IMG/VR virus record: IMGVR_UViG_3300028809_000020
Span: 1-48,723 of that record
Direction: 5' to 3' (one strand)
DNA length: 48,723 nt
Source of the DNA: a virus
Lineage: Duplodnaviria; Caudoviricetes
Shown here: piece by piece, positions 24,901-32,423 of the stretch
Layout of the letters: each line of letters begins with the position of its first letter
How positions within the stretch are numbered: the first letter of the stretch is position 1
Program-made: the position numbers and the translations under genes
The notes under the pieces: generated by a model
What the model was told of the DNA's origin: nothing
Databases searched by the model: none
Seen by the model: only the letters and a program-made list of their open reading frames with translations

Positions 24901-26621
24901 GTGGTGGACCCGTCTGCGGCGTGGACGACCATCCGCTTCTTGCCCGCGTCCCAGGTGATCTTCTCCCCGGTGGACGGCTTTACAGCGACGGTGTCTCCGT
25001 CGTTGAAGGGGGTCTGGTAGATGAGCTGGACCTTGAGAGCCACAGGCTTGCCAACGGCAGCAGGTGCTGACGGCGCAGCCGCCGCTTCCGGGCTTGCCGT
25101 AGACGCATCAGGGACAGTCCAGCCATCTTCGTCTTTCCACGCCTTGTAGGCGTCGCCACGGGTTTTGGTGTCCGTGGTCGAGTACTTGCCGTCAGCTCCC
25201 AGCTTCTGCCGCTTGACCTTGCCGTCCTGCCAAACGATGCGCTCGCCGCTGTCCTTGCGGACAGCCATGACCGCACCATCCGCAAAGGTGGTGTTGTAGA
25301 GAAGCTGAACCCGCAGCTTAACAGGCTTTCCGGGCACCAGGGGCTTTCCGGTCTTGGTGTCCTTGCCGCCGAGTTCGCGGGTCTTCCCGGCAGGAGTGGG
25401 CAGGCCGTTCTGCACCAGGTCTTCAACCTGCTGCTTGACGTTCTTCGGCTCGGCCTCCAGTGTCGGGATCTTCTCGTCCACGACCTTCTGAAGAGCGTTC
25501 TTGGCCTCCGGGTGTGAAGTGCTGCTCGGAGCGTCCTTGATCTTGTCCTTCAGCTCCGGGGGCAGCGTCTTCCAGGTGGCAGGCGTGATGGACTTGATGA
25601 GTACAACCTTCTGGCCCGCACCCATGGAGTCCCACTTGTTCTGGACGATCCAGGCAACCTTGACGTTGTCAGGGTCGGAAGCCTTCGGTGCCGTCTCCGG
25701 GACCTTGACGTACAGGTCCGGGGCACCCTTCTTCTTGAACTTGCCGTCCTTGTCGCGCGGGTGCTCGATCTCGATGAACCCGTCTGCGGTCAGTACGTCC
25801 ACTTCACCCTCATCAAAGTCGAATGCCAGAGAGCAGCGACAGTTGATGATATTACCGGGTGTTCCGCTGGGATCGCCAGGGAACTCCAGGAATTCCTCCC
25901 CGGTCTTCACATCCCCGCTGTAGATGTCCACGGCGAACTCACCGGTCAGCGCCACACCCTGGTTGTCAGCGTGCCGGTGGGACTTTCGGGTGCGCGGGTC
26001 CTCGGTGGCCAGCCAGACCTTCGTGACCTTCTCCTCGAACCCGGCATGCAGCATCTGGAGGTAGGAACCGGCGTTGGCAGCCGAGATCACCTCCGTTCGC
26101 GCAGTGGTCAGCGCGCGGGGGGTGGACAGATGCGCCACGTCCTCCAGCCGGGAGGCCATCTCCTTGATGCCCTCACCAGCGGCGAACCCGGCCGACAGCT
26201 CGTCACGGATCTTCAGCCAGAGGTCTTCGCCGATCCCGACCATGCGGTTCTGCGCATACGCCAGGAAGTCCTGCGCGTAGACGTTGGTGAGCTGCTCGAC
26301 AGCGAACCCGGTCGCCGCCTGCACACCGTCCACCACGGCTCCCGCGCTGTCCGCGAACGTGTCCACGAGGAAGGGGTAGAGCTGAGAGTCCACCAGGCCC
26401 GTCCAGGTGGCCATGACGGCGTTTTCCAGCGTCGTGAAGGACACCGGAGGGGCAGTCTCCGGAGGGGCTCCAGGAAGCTCTACAGCGGCCGTGAGGATGT
26501 CCCGGCGCATCTGCTTAGCGAGGCTGGCGAAGACGGCGTCCACCGCCTTCGCGGTCAGCGCCTCGAAACGCCGCTCCCGTTCCATGAGCTGCGCTTCGGT
26601 CCAGGGCTGGATCCTGGTCAC
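24789..26621 (-). CDS. MuF-like (Phage_Mu_F) minor head protein, frame-broken near 24900
   Basis: RALTTARTEV, KVWLATEDPRTRKSH, FPGDP...INCRC; directly after the portal gene. Confidence 0.88.
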   Translation of the reverse strand: MTRIQPWTEAQLMERERRFEALTAKAVDAVFASLAKQMRRDILTAAVELPGAPPETAPPVSFTTLENAVMATWTGLVDSQLYPFLVDTFADSAGAVVDGVQAATGFAVEQLTNVYAQDFLAYAQNRMVGIGEDLWLKIRDELSAGFAAGEGIKEMASRLEDVAHLSTPRALTTARTEVISAANAGSYLQMLHAGFEEKVTKVWLATEDPRTRKSHRHADNQGVALTGEFAVDIYSGDVKTGEEFLEFPGDPSGTPGNIINCRCSLAFDFDEGEVDVLTADGFIEIEHPRDKDGKFKKKGAPDLYVKVPETAPKASDPDNVKVAWIVQNKWDSMGAGQKVVLIKSITPATWKTLPPELKDKIKDAPSSTSHPEAKNALQKVVDEKIPTLEAEPKNVKQQVEDLVQNGLPTPAGKTRELGGKDTKTGKPLVPGKPVKLRVQLLYNTTFADGAVMAVRKDSGERIVWQDGKVKRQKLGADGKYSTTDTKTRGDAYKAWKDEDGWTVPDASTASPEAAAAPSAPAAVGKPVALKVQLIYQTPFNDGDTVAVKPSTGEKITWDAGKKRMVVHAADGSTTSTPVARFTRLIRMRPAGTFPAERPRRKPHPHPRPRW

Positions 26622-28177
26622 GGGGCACCCGCCTTCGGCTTGTCCTGTGCAGGTGCGCCCTGCTTGACGTTTGCGGCGGAGGCAGAAGCGTTGCCTGACG
26701 GGCCAACGCTCGACAATGCTTCTGCCTCCGCCGGGTTGATCCCCTTGGCGGCGTTGGCTTCCTTCGCCTGCTCTTCGGGGGATGGCTTGTCCTGCGGGTA
26801 AAGCAGGTAGTAGGCGTCCGACAGCGGCTTTCCAGCCATCGCGGACGTGATGAGGATGGTCTCCCGGAGCTTCTCGTCCACCTTCGGCTTGTCGGCCGGG
26901 TCGAACCCCATGGCTTCGACGTAGGTGTCTCCGGTGATCTGTCCAGCCGTGAACGCGTTCTGGGCGTTCTCGCTGTTGTCCGGCTGGATGGTGAGATCCG
27001 AGGCGTCATACCAGGTGATGTACCGGCCGCCACCCTTCACCTCCATGGACTGGCCCTTGGCCTTCATCATGGGGCGCAGGAAGAGCTTGTCGATGCCTCC
27101 GCAGAGGATCTCCATGGGCGGGCCGAAGTACAACCGGATGTTGTCTTCGCTGGACTTCCACGCGTTCCAATGGTTCATGTCCTGGATGCCGTTGAGTGCC
27201 TCCACGGGCGCGGGGAGCTGCTCCTTGAGTCGCGTCACCGCGCTCTCACGGGCGTCGATGATCTTCGGGTCCAACCCACTGGACAGGATGAGGTGCTTGA
27301 ACTGCTCCACCATGGCACCAGGCACACGCAGGGGGAAGGGGATCGCCGCTCCGGGGGATCCGGGGTCCTTGATGCCGCGCTGGGCATAGTGGAGCAGCTC
27401 CGCAATGAACGGATCCGGCGCGTCCTTGAACTGCTTGCTCACCGGGAAGGTGGCTTCGGACGGGATGAACAGGATTCCGTTGAAGGCGATACGGCTCAGC
27501 AGCGTGGCCACGATCGCCCGGTTGTACATGTCGATCTCTCGCAGGGTGGTCAACACTCCACGGGAGGGGGAAGTGGGCAGGTAGTCGTAGCGGGGGTCCG
27601 GATCGAAGATGCGTCCGAACAGGGAGTCAGCCTCGGTCAGACGCCACTCACTGGGACCGGTGCGGATCCAGAACAGCTCCACGTCGAATCCAGCGGAGTT
27701 CTGCTTGAACTTCCCGGAGCGCTTCACCACGTCGGCGGACTTCACCTGGTAGCGCCGCTGACCGTCGATCTCCTCCGCCAGGAAGAAGCCGACGCCGGGC
27801 ACGAACAGGTGCTTGGCCCAAGTCTTCAGGAACTGCGTCTCGCCGTCCTCGGCGTGCGTCACCAGGTCGTGGACCAGATCGGCGGCCGGACCGTCGTCCA
27901 CCAGCTCCGGTTCCTTGGCGTCCGGGTACCAGATCCCGGCGCGCAGGTGCATCCGGCTGATCGCGGCGGAGAACCAGTTCACGCAACTGCCGTACTCGCC
28001 TACAGAGTCCGTGTAAGCCCAGAGTTCGTCCTGCCAGGTCTTGTACTGGATCGCGTACTGCTGGCGTGCGGAGCCGTCCAACACCTGCGCGGCGGACGTA
28101 AGGATGTCCTGCTCAACCGCATTGGGAGCAGTGGTGAAGTTGCGGGTGCGACGATCACGGGCGTTGTCGGACATCAC
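26618..28177 (-). CDS. Portal protein
   Basis: 519 aa preceding MuF; WQDELW, SRIAFNGILFIP, NHWNAW and WYDASDL motifs of actinophage portals. Confidence 0.85.
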   Translation of the reverse strand: MMSDNARDRRTRNFTTAPNAVEQDILTSAAQVLDGSARQQYAIQYKTWQDELWAYTDSVGEYGSCVNWFSAAISRMHLRAGIWYPDAKEPELVDDGPAADLVHDLVTHAEDGETQFLKTWAKHLFVPGVGFFLAEEIDGQRRYQVKSADVVKRSGKFKQNSAGFDVELFWIRTGPSEWRLTEADSLFGRIFDPDPRYDYLPTSPSRGVLTTLREIDMYNRAIVATLLSRIAFNGILFIPSEATFPVSKQFKDAPDPFIAELLHYAQRGIKDPGSPGAAIPFPLRVPGAMVEQFKHLILSSGLDPKIIDARESAVTRLKEQLPAPVEALNGIQDMNHWNAWKSSEDNIRLYFGPPMEILCGGIDKLFLRPMMKAKGQSMEVKGGGRYITWYDASDLTIQPDNSENAQNAFTAGQITGDTYVEAMGFDPADKPKVDEKLRETILITSAMAGKPLSDAYYLLYPQDKPSPEEQAKEANAAKGINPAEAEALSSVGPSGNASASAANVKQGAPAQDKPKAGAP

Positions 28178-28530
28178 TGCGCCTTCTTCGAGATCAGGCC
28201 TTCGACCTCAGCCAGCAGACCCACTCCAGCGGCGACGGCACCCCAGGTCAGCCAGGGGAGAGGCATACTTACAAAAAATGTAAGCGCGTAGACCAGCGCT
28301 CCGCTGACCCACACGCTGGTGCACCAGTCGCACTCCCAGAGGTAGGCGATGGAGCGCATGAATACGTTCGTCTTCTTGCCGTTGATGCTCAGCTTCTTGT
28401 CCTGCTGCTCCGCATAGACGCCCCAGCGCTGGACATACGCCTCACGCGGCACGTCGATCAACGGCAGCTTGTCCCGCGTGATGAACCGCGTGGCACGGTA
28501 GGTTGCGAGAAACAGCAGGAAGATCGTCAT
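28174..28530 (-). CDS. DUF1360-like membrane protein
   Basis: LATYRATRFITRD...LWECDWCTSVW. Confidence 0.75.
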   Translation of the reverse strand: MTIFLLFLATYRATRFITRDKLPLIDVPREAYVQRWGVYAEQQDKKLSINGKKTNVFMRSIAYLWECDWCTSVWVSGALVYALTFFVSMPLPWLTWGAVAAGVGLLAEVEGLISKKAQ

Positions 28531-28548
28531 GTTATGGAGCTTACAACA

Positions 28549-28581
28549 GAAAAGGCCACCGTTATAAACGGTGGCCTTCTC
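28549..28581. terminator. Terminator hairpin
   Basis: GAAAAGGCCACCGTT-AT-AAACGGTGGCCTTCTC. Confidence 0.65.
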
Positions 28582-28597
28582 AGTGTTGCGGTGCGGG

Positions 28598-28930
28598 TCA
28601 GCGCTTCTCGGTCAGGAGCACCTGGTTGCACTTCGGGTAGAACTGCCCACCAGCCGGGTTCTGTCCGACCGTCTCACCCGTGAAGGTGCCGAGCGGGCCG
28701 GTGTAGAACACAACCGCGACGTTCGAGAACCCCGCGTTGAAGAACGCGGAGACCGCGTCGTTGATCGGCAGACCCACCACGGTCGGAGCCGGAGCGGACG
28801 GGCACGGGAGCGGGCTGCACGCCCCACGTCCGAGTCCACCGCACGGAGCCGCCGAGGCCGGAGCTGCGAGACCAGCGGTGAGCAGGAGACCGGTGAACGC
28901 AGCGCTGAGGACCATCTTCATCTTCGTCAT
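28598..28930 (-). CDS. Secreted PASTA-like domain protein
   Basis: Signal peptide ending APASA; PTVVGLPINDAVSAFFNAGF...VGQNPAGG...VLL matches the PASTA pattern. Confidence 0.6.
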   Translation of the reverse strand: MTKMKMVLSAAFTGLLLTAGLAAPASAAPCGGLGRGACSPLPCPSAPAPTVVGLPINDAVSAFFNAGFSNVAVVFYTGPLGTFTGETVGQNPAGGQFYPKCNQVLLTEKR

Positions 28931-28960
28931 GATCCCACTGTAACAGAGTTAGTCAATAGT

Positions 28961-28992
28961 AAAAGGGAGTCTCCCGGAGGAGACTCCCTTTC
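28961..28992 (-). terminator. Terminator hairpin
   Basis: AAAGGGAGTCTCC...GGAGACTCCCTTT. Confidence 0.7.
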
Positions 28993-28994
28993 GG

Positions 28995-29159
28995 CTACTT
29001 CGTGCTGCTCACGCTGGGCGAGGGCAGCGGCGGATCCACGAACGTAACCCGTGGCATCTGCGTCGCCCACACGATCAGCAGGGCCAGCAGAACCACCCCC
29101 GCCAGGATCACCAGTGTGGAGGGGTTTCCGTCACCCCGGCTGGACTCGCTCAGACCCAT
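28995..29159 (-). CDS. Small single-TM protein (54 aa)
   Basis: Hand translation MGLSESSRGDGNPSTLVILAGVVLLALLIVWATQ... Confidence 0.5.
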   Translation of the reverse strand: MGLSESSRGDGNPSTLVILAGVVLLALLIVWATQMPRVTFVDPPLPSPSVSSTK

Positions 29160-29611
29160 GTGCCGTCCTCCCAGTTGTACTGCGGGTTCTTGCGCGGGTT
29201 TCCGCGCTTGAATGACTTCACTTTCGCCCTTCCCTGGACCTTCTGCTCCAGGTACCGGTTCGTGGAGAACCGGTCGTACAGGATGCCCCAGATGGTGTTG
29301 TATGCCGCGTGGAGCTTGCTCTCCCCGAACTTCTCCGTCTCCGGTTTGAACTTCGTGTAGTCGATGTCCGCCGCCATCAGCGCCATGAGCATCCCCAGGG
29401 CGGTGTGCGTGCAGTACATCCGGTACTCGTAGTCCGTGTGCGGGAAGAAGATGATGTCCCCGGTCGGAATCTCCGGGTAGAACGCCTTCAGGCGCTCCAG
29501 CTCCAGCTTTCGGCGTGCGCGGATCTGGATGAGCTGGTTGTCACCCAGCTCCACGGTGTCCAGCGGACGCTGCGAGGGGAAGTACGCGCCGTACGGTGTG
29601 AAGATCCACAT
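29150..29611 (-). CDS. Hypothetical phage protein (MWIFT...DYEYR...IDYTKFK)
   Basis: TGATG overlap with the upstream gene; phage-like codon usage. Confidence 0.7.
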   Translation of the reverse strand: MWIFTPYGAYFPSQRPLDTVELGDNQLIQIRARRKLELERLKAFYPEIPTGDIIFFPHTDYEYRMYCTHTALGMLMALMAADIDYTKFKPETEKFGESKLHAAYNTIWGILYDRFSTNRYLEQKVQGRAKVKSFKRGNPRKNPQYNWEDGTWV

Positions 29612-29859
29612 CAGGCGTCCACCTCCGCGTCCCCGATCAGCGCGTCCAGGACCATGATCATATCCTCCCGCTCCAGCTTCGGGTCGTTGAGAATGGCGGT
29701 ACGGAGCCTCATGAGCCCCTTGCGGAACCCGATCTCGTGAGAGGTCTGGATCGCCTCCGCGATGTCGTCCACGAGGCCGGTCACGGTCTCTCCGGTCCCT
29801 TCGATACCGCTGTCCGCCACGATCTCCGTGGCCTCGCGGTACGGCTTGGGCAGCTTCAT
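29611..29859 (-). CDS. Hypothetical protein
   Basis: SD AAGGAGG/GAAGG; in ORF track. Confidence 0.65.
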   Translation of the reverse strand: MKLPKPYREATEIVADSGIEGTGETVTGLVDDIAEAIQTSHEIGFRKGLMRLRTAILNDPKLEREDMIMVLDALIGDAEVDA

Positions 29860-29890
29860 CCTTCATTCCTCCTTGTGGTAGGTGCTTACG

Positions 29891-29934
29891 TGCGCGGGTG
29901 GGGAGTCGAACCCCCTGTAGCCCGTATCCCGCGC
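29891..29934 (-). ncRNA. Mini tRNA-like element (acceptor stem plus T-arm only)
   Basis: GCGCGGG-N12-GGGGG TTCGACT CCCCA-CCCGCGC-A; intergenic. Confidence 0.55.
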
Positions 29935-29944
29935 GGGAGAAGGC

Positions 29945-30103
29945 TCACGCCTCCCCGTACAGCTTCGCCTGTCGCATGTCCCGGAGCTGACCAATCAGCT
30001 CCATCTCCTTGACGTAGCCCTCGTCGGTCGGCCGCATGGTTCCGAGCTTGTTCTCAGCCAGAACGATAAGCTCCTCCAGCTGCTCGACTGTCAACTTCTC
30101 CAT
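29945..30103 (-). CDS. Hypothetical protein (52 aa)
   Basis: SD AAGGAGG; hand translation MEKLTVEQLEELIVLAENK... Confidence 0.65.
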   Translation of the reverse strand: MEKLTVEQLEELIVLAENKLGTMRPTDEGYVKEMELIGQLRDMRQAKLYGEA

Positions 30104-30132
30104 TGTCGTGCCTCCTTCTAGGTGTTGCCGAG

Positions 30133-30229
30133 TACCCCTGCCAGGACTCGAACCCGGATCTAGCGCCGATTAAGGGCTGCTCTACCTGCTGGTTTGCCGT
30201 GGCCTATCCAGCTATTGAGCTACAGGGGT
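30133..30229 (-). tRNA. Aberrant tRNA-like RNA with D-loop insertion, possible UAA (Leu) anticodon
   Basis: ACCCCTG/CAGGGGT acceptor, TA, GCTC/GAGC D stem, CCGGG TTCGAGT CCTGG T arm; only a 3-bp anticodon stem around CTTAATC. Confidence 0.6.
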
Positions 30230-30258
30230 GGAGGGGCGGCCGTAGCCGCCCCGTTGCG

Positions 30259-30564
30259 CTAGTTGTGGTCGTACATGAGGTTCAGCAGGATGAGCGGGAG
30301 GTTGATGTACACCGCCTCCTTCATCGTCATCGCGCTGACCCGGCTACCGTCCTCCACCGTGAACGCGCGGTGGGTGGTCTTGAACCAGCCGTGCAGGTTG
30401 TTGACGTGGTCGGTGGGCCAGGAGACGTAGATGGGCATCCCCGCCTCATCCTTGTTGACCCGCGCCTGGAAGACGACCTTCCCGTTGATCAGCATGTGGT
30501 AGACGCTGTTGCCGTCCGCGTCGTCGCCCTGGTAGCTGAGCTTGTTGTCCGCATTCTCCTTCAT
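30259..30564 (-). CDS. Hypothetical protein
   Basis: SD GAAGGAG; own upstream promoter. Confidence 0.7.
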   Translation of the reverse strand: MKENADNKLSYQGDDADGNSVYHMLINGKVVFQARVNKDEAGMPIYVSWPTDHVNNLHGWFKTTHRAFTVEDGSRVSAMTMKEAVYINLPLILLNLMYDHN

Positions 30565-30589
30565 GGCCTTCTCCTTCATCGTGTCGCAT

Positions 30590-30633
30590 TTGCTGACAGA
30601 ACTAATAGTATCACGTAACTGCGGGTTGTGCAA
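30590..30633 (-). promoter_or_regulatory. Sigma70-type promoter plus conserved downstream box
   Basis: TTGCAC-N17-TACTAT followed by TAGTTCTGTCAGCAA. Confidence 0.65.
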
Positions 30634-30807
30634 CTATTCGTCGTAACTTCCGATACAGGCCTGGTTCTCGATCTCCGACCAGCGGCCCTCTTCGCGTGCG
30701 TCGGAGATCGCCTCTTCTACAGATTCCACGATCTCCCTGTAAACCGCGTCGCCGATCGGTCCGATGCCGTCCGTGATCTGCTTGATCTTCTCTCGCCAGT
30801 CACTCAC
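30634..30807 (-). CDS. Hypothetical protein
   Basis: GTG start with SD GGGGAG. Confidence 0.55.
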   Translation of the reverse strand: MSDWREKIKQITDGIGPIGDAVYREIVESVEEAISDAREEGRWSEIENQACIGSYDE

Positions 30808-30907
30808 CGCAGCACTCCCCTTCACAGATGTGGCACGTCTCCATGCCGCAGTTCTCGCAGGTCACCGGGTAGTCGGTCTCCTGTAGGCACATCGGGCACT
30901 CGAACAT
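30800..30907 (-). CDS. 35-aa Cys-rich microprotein
   Basis: MFECPMCLQETDYPVTCENCGMETCHICEGECCGE; TGATG overlap with the upstream gene. Confidence 0.55.
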   Translation of the reverse strand: MFECPMCLQETDYPVTCENCGMETCHICEGECCGE

Positions 30908-31080
30908 CAGTCATCCTCCATGATCTCGTTGACCTGGTCCAGGATCTCCTGAAGGTCTTCCGCCGTCTCCGCGTTGTTCGTGTAAAAGGTCTCATTGCTG
31001 GTCACGGCGTCCCACTCGGCGTACAGGACGTCACGAACCAGACTGAGCTGCGTGCGGTCCAGGAACAGTGCCTTCTTCAT
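30907..31080 (-). CDS. Hypothetical acidic protein
   Basis: TGATG overlaps at both ends. Confidence 0.6.
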   Translation of the reverse strand: MKKALFLDRTQLSLVRDVLYAEWDAVTSNETFYTNNAETAEDLQEILDQVNEIMEDD

Positions 31081-31379
31081 CAGTACCCCATCTCCTCCAG
31101 GCTGGTGAAGCCCTTCGTCCACTTGTCCACGATCTTGACCGCAGCCTCGGCCTTCTTCTCCTGCGCCCGCGCCTTGCCGTTCTGGTAGAGGTAGTAGCGC
31201 TGTCGGCAGGCCTCCACCGTGCGCCCCAACTGCTCCGCCAGCACCTTGAGTCCGGCCGGGTCAGTGGTCCAGCAGGACACCAGGACATCCAGCTCCGCAC
31301 CTTCCCACGGCTGGGCGAAGTTCTCCGCCCCGGCCAGGGACTCTTCGTTGTCCTTCTTGCGCACGTCATACTTCGCCAT
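31080..31379 (-). CDS. Myb/SANT-like helix-turn-helix protein
   Basis: PWEGAELDVL...LAEQLGRTVEACRQRY. Confidence 0.55.
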   Translation of the reverse strand: MAKYDVRKKDNEESLAGAENFAQPWEGAELDVLVSCWTTDPAGLKVLAEQLGRTVEACRQRYYLYQNGKARAQEKKAEAAVKIVDKWTKGFTSLEEMGY

Positions 31380-31389
31380 AATTCTTACC

Positions 31390-31560
31390 TCATCCTTCAG
31401 ACCGGTACCGCACATCGGTGACCTTGGCACCGCGTACGGCACCGGATCCCGTCTGCACCTTGCATCTGACATTGCCGTCGTAACGGAGGAAGAGCGCCTT
31501 GCGCTCCCCTCCGTGTACGACGACCCACACGGGATCTCCCGGCAGCAGGGGCAGGATCAC
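31390..31560 (-). CDS. Small beta-barrel (KOW/SH3-like) hypothetical protein
   Basis: Hand translation MILPLLPGDPVWVVVHGGERKALFLRYDGNVRCKVQTG...; GTGA overlap. Confidence 0.45.
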   Translation of the reverse strand: MILPLLPGDPVWVVVHGGERKALFLRYDGNVRCKVQTGSGAVRGAKVTDVRYRSEG

Positions 31561-32102
31561 TGCTCGTACTTCCAGTCGTGCTTCTCCAGCTCGGTGAGCA
31601 TGGCGTCCAGGAGGTTAACATCGATCATCACGTGGTTGGTCTTGTATGCGTCGCTGACCAGGTTGGAGTAAGGCTTGAGCCCCAGGAACTGCGCGGCCTT
31701 CGCCAGCACCACGCCGACACGGTTACGGCCCGCGTTGCGGGCGTCCTCGGCCGCCTTGCGCTCCGCGTCACGACGCGCCCGGTTCTCCTGCACCATCTTC
31801 CAGGTGGGCTCCCAGGCACCCCGGATGCTCGCCAGGGAGACGACACCCTGCTCCTTCACCTCGCCGGTAACGTGGTCCAGGATCTCCACCAGCACGCCGT
31901 GCGTGGTGTATCCGAAGACACTCGAGGTGGACGCGTACTTCTGCGGGATCCAGCCGCCGTTGACCTTGTCGCGCTTCCAGTGGGCCACGATCGAACCCTG
32001 GTAGCGAACCCGCAGGGTGTCGCTGCTGTAGGTGCTGTCCGTCCAGTTCTGCGAACGGTTGACCAGGTACTCCGCACCGGTCTTCAGATCCTTCACCTTC
32101 AT
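31557..32102 (-). CDS. Hypothetical protein
   Basis: SD AAAGGAG; strong codon bias. Confidence 0.75.
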   Translation of the reverse strand: MKVKDLKTGAEYLVNRSQNWTDSTYSSDTLRVRYQGSIVAHWKRDKVNGGWIPQKYASTSSVFGYTTHGVLVEILDHVTGEVKEQGVVSLASIRGAWEPTWKMVQENRARRDAERKAAEDARNAGRNRVGVVLAKAAQFLGLKPYSNLVSDAYKTNHVMIDVNLLDAMLTELEKHDWKYEQ

Positions 32103-32133
32103 GTCCTGCTCCTTTGATAGCCGATCACGGTTG

Positions 32134-32340
32134 TCATCGGTTCTTCTTCAACTCGGCCAGGCGAGCGCGGTTGCGCGCGCGCCGGTCGGCCTGGCGCTCG
32201 GCGCTGGCCTGGACCGTGAAGGCACAGCGCCCGATCTCCAGGTGCAGGGCGTAGATACTGCCGCCCCACCCAATGTAGAAGTACCCCTTCGCGCTCTGGT
32301 ACTTCCGACCCTCGTTCGGGTCGGTAGGAATGCGCCTCAC
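32134..32340 (-). CDS. Hypothetical protein
   Basis: GTG start with SD GGAGGAG. Confidence 0.55.
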   Translation of the reverse strand: MRRIPTDPNEGRKYQSAKGYFYIGWGGSIYALHLEIGRCAFTVQASAERQADRRARNRARLAELKKNR

Positions 32341-32379
32341 TCTTTCTCCTCCCATACGGGTTTGATAGTTGTTGCTGAG

Positions 32380-32420
32380 TGGGTGGGCGGGACTCGCACC
32401 CGCCTGTCTGCTGGTCACCC
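32380..32420 (-). ncRNA. Second mini tRNA-like element
   Basis: GGGTG-N12-GCGGG TGCGAGT CCCGC-C-CACCC-A; intergenic, just after a stop codon. Confidence 0.4.
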
Positions 32421-32423
32421 GAG

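Noticed and set aside
16810-25020. Very long + strand ORFs (16810-18486, 18734-20803, 21274-23334, 23473-25020; also 46899-48623)
   Set aside because: Antisense shadows of high-GC, codon-biased - strand genes; no motifs or start signals.
30160-30180. Reading the tRNA-like loop as a TTA (ochre suppressor) anticodon
   Set aside because: That register loses U33 and the stem pairing, and nothing in the window indicates stop-codon reassignment.
30133-30229. Y RNA (YrlA)/Ro60 system
   Set aside because: No Ro60/TROVE gene is visible in the window and the Ro-binding stem could not be identified by eye.
31397-31455. Long hairpin (CCGGTGCCGTAC...GTGCGGTACCGG) suggesting an ncRNA
   Set aside because: It lies inside a plausible 56-aa ORF (31390-31560) coupled to its neighbour, and such stems arise easily in GC-rich DNA.
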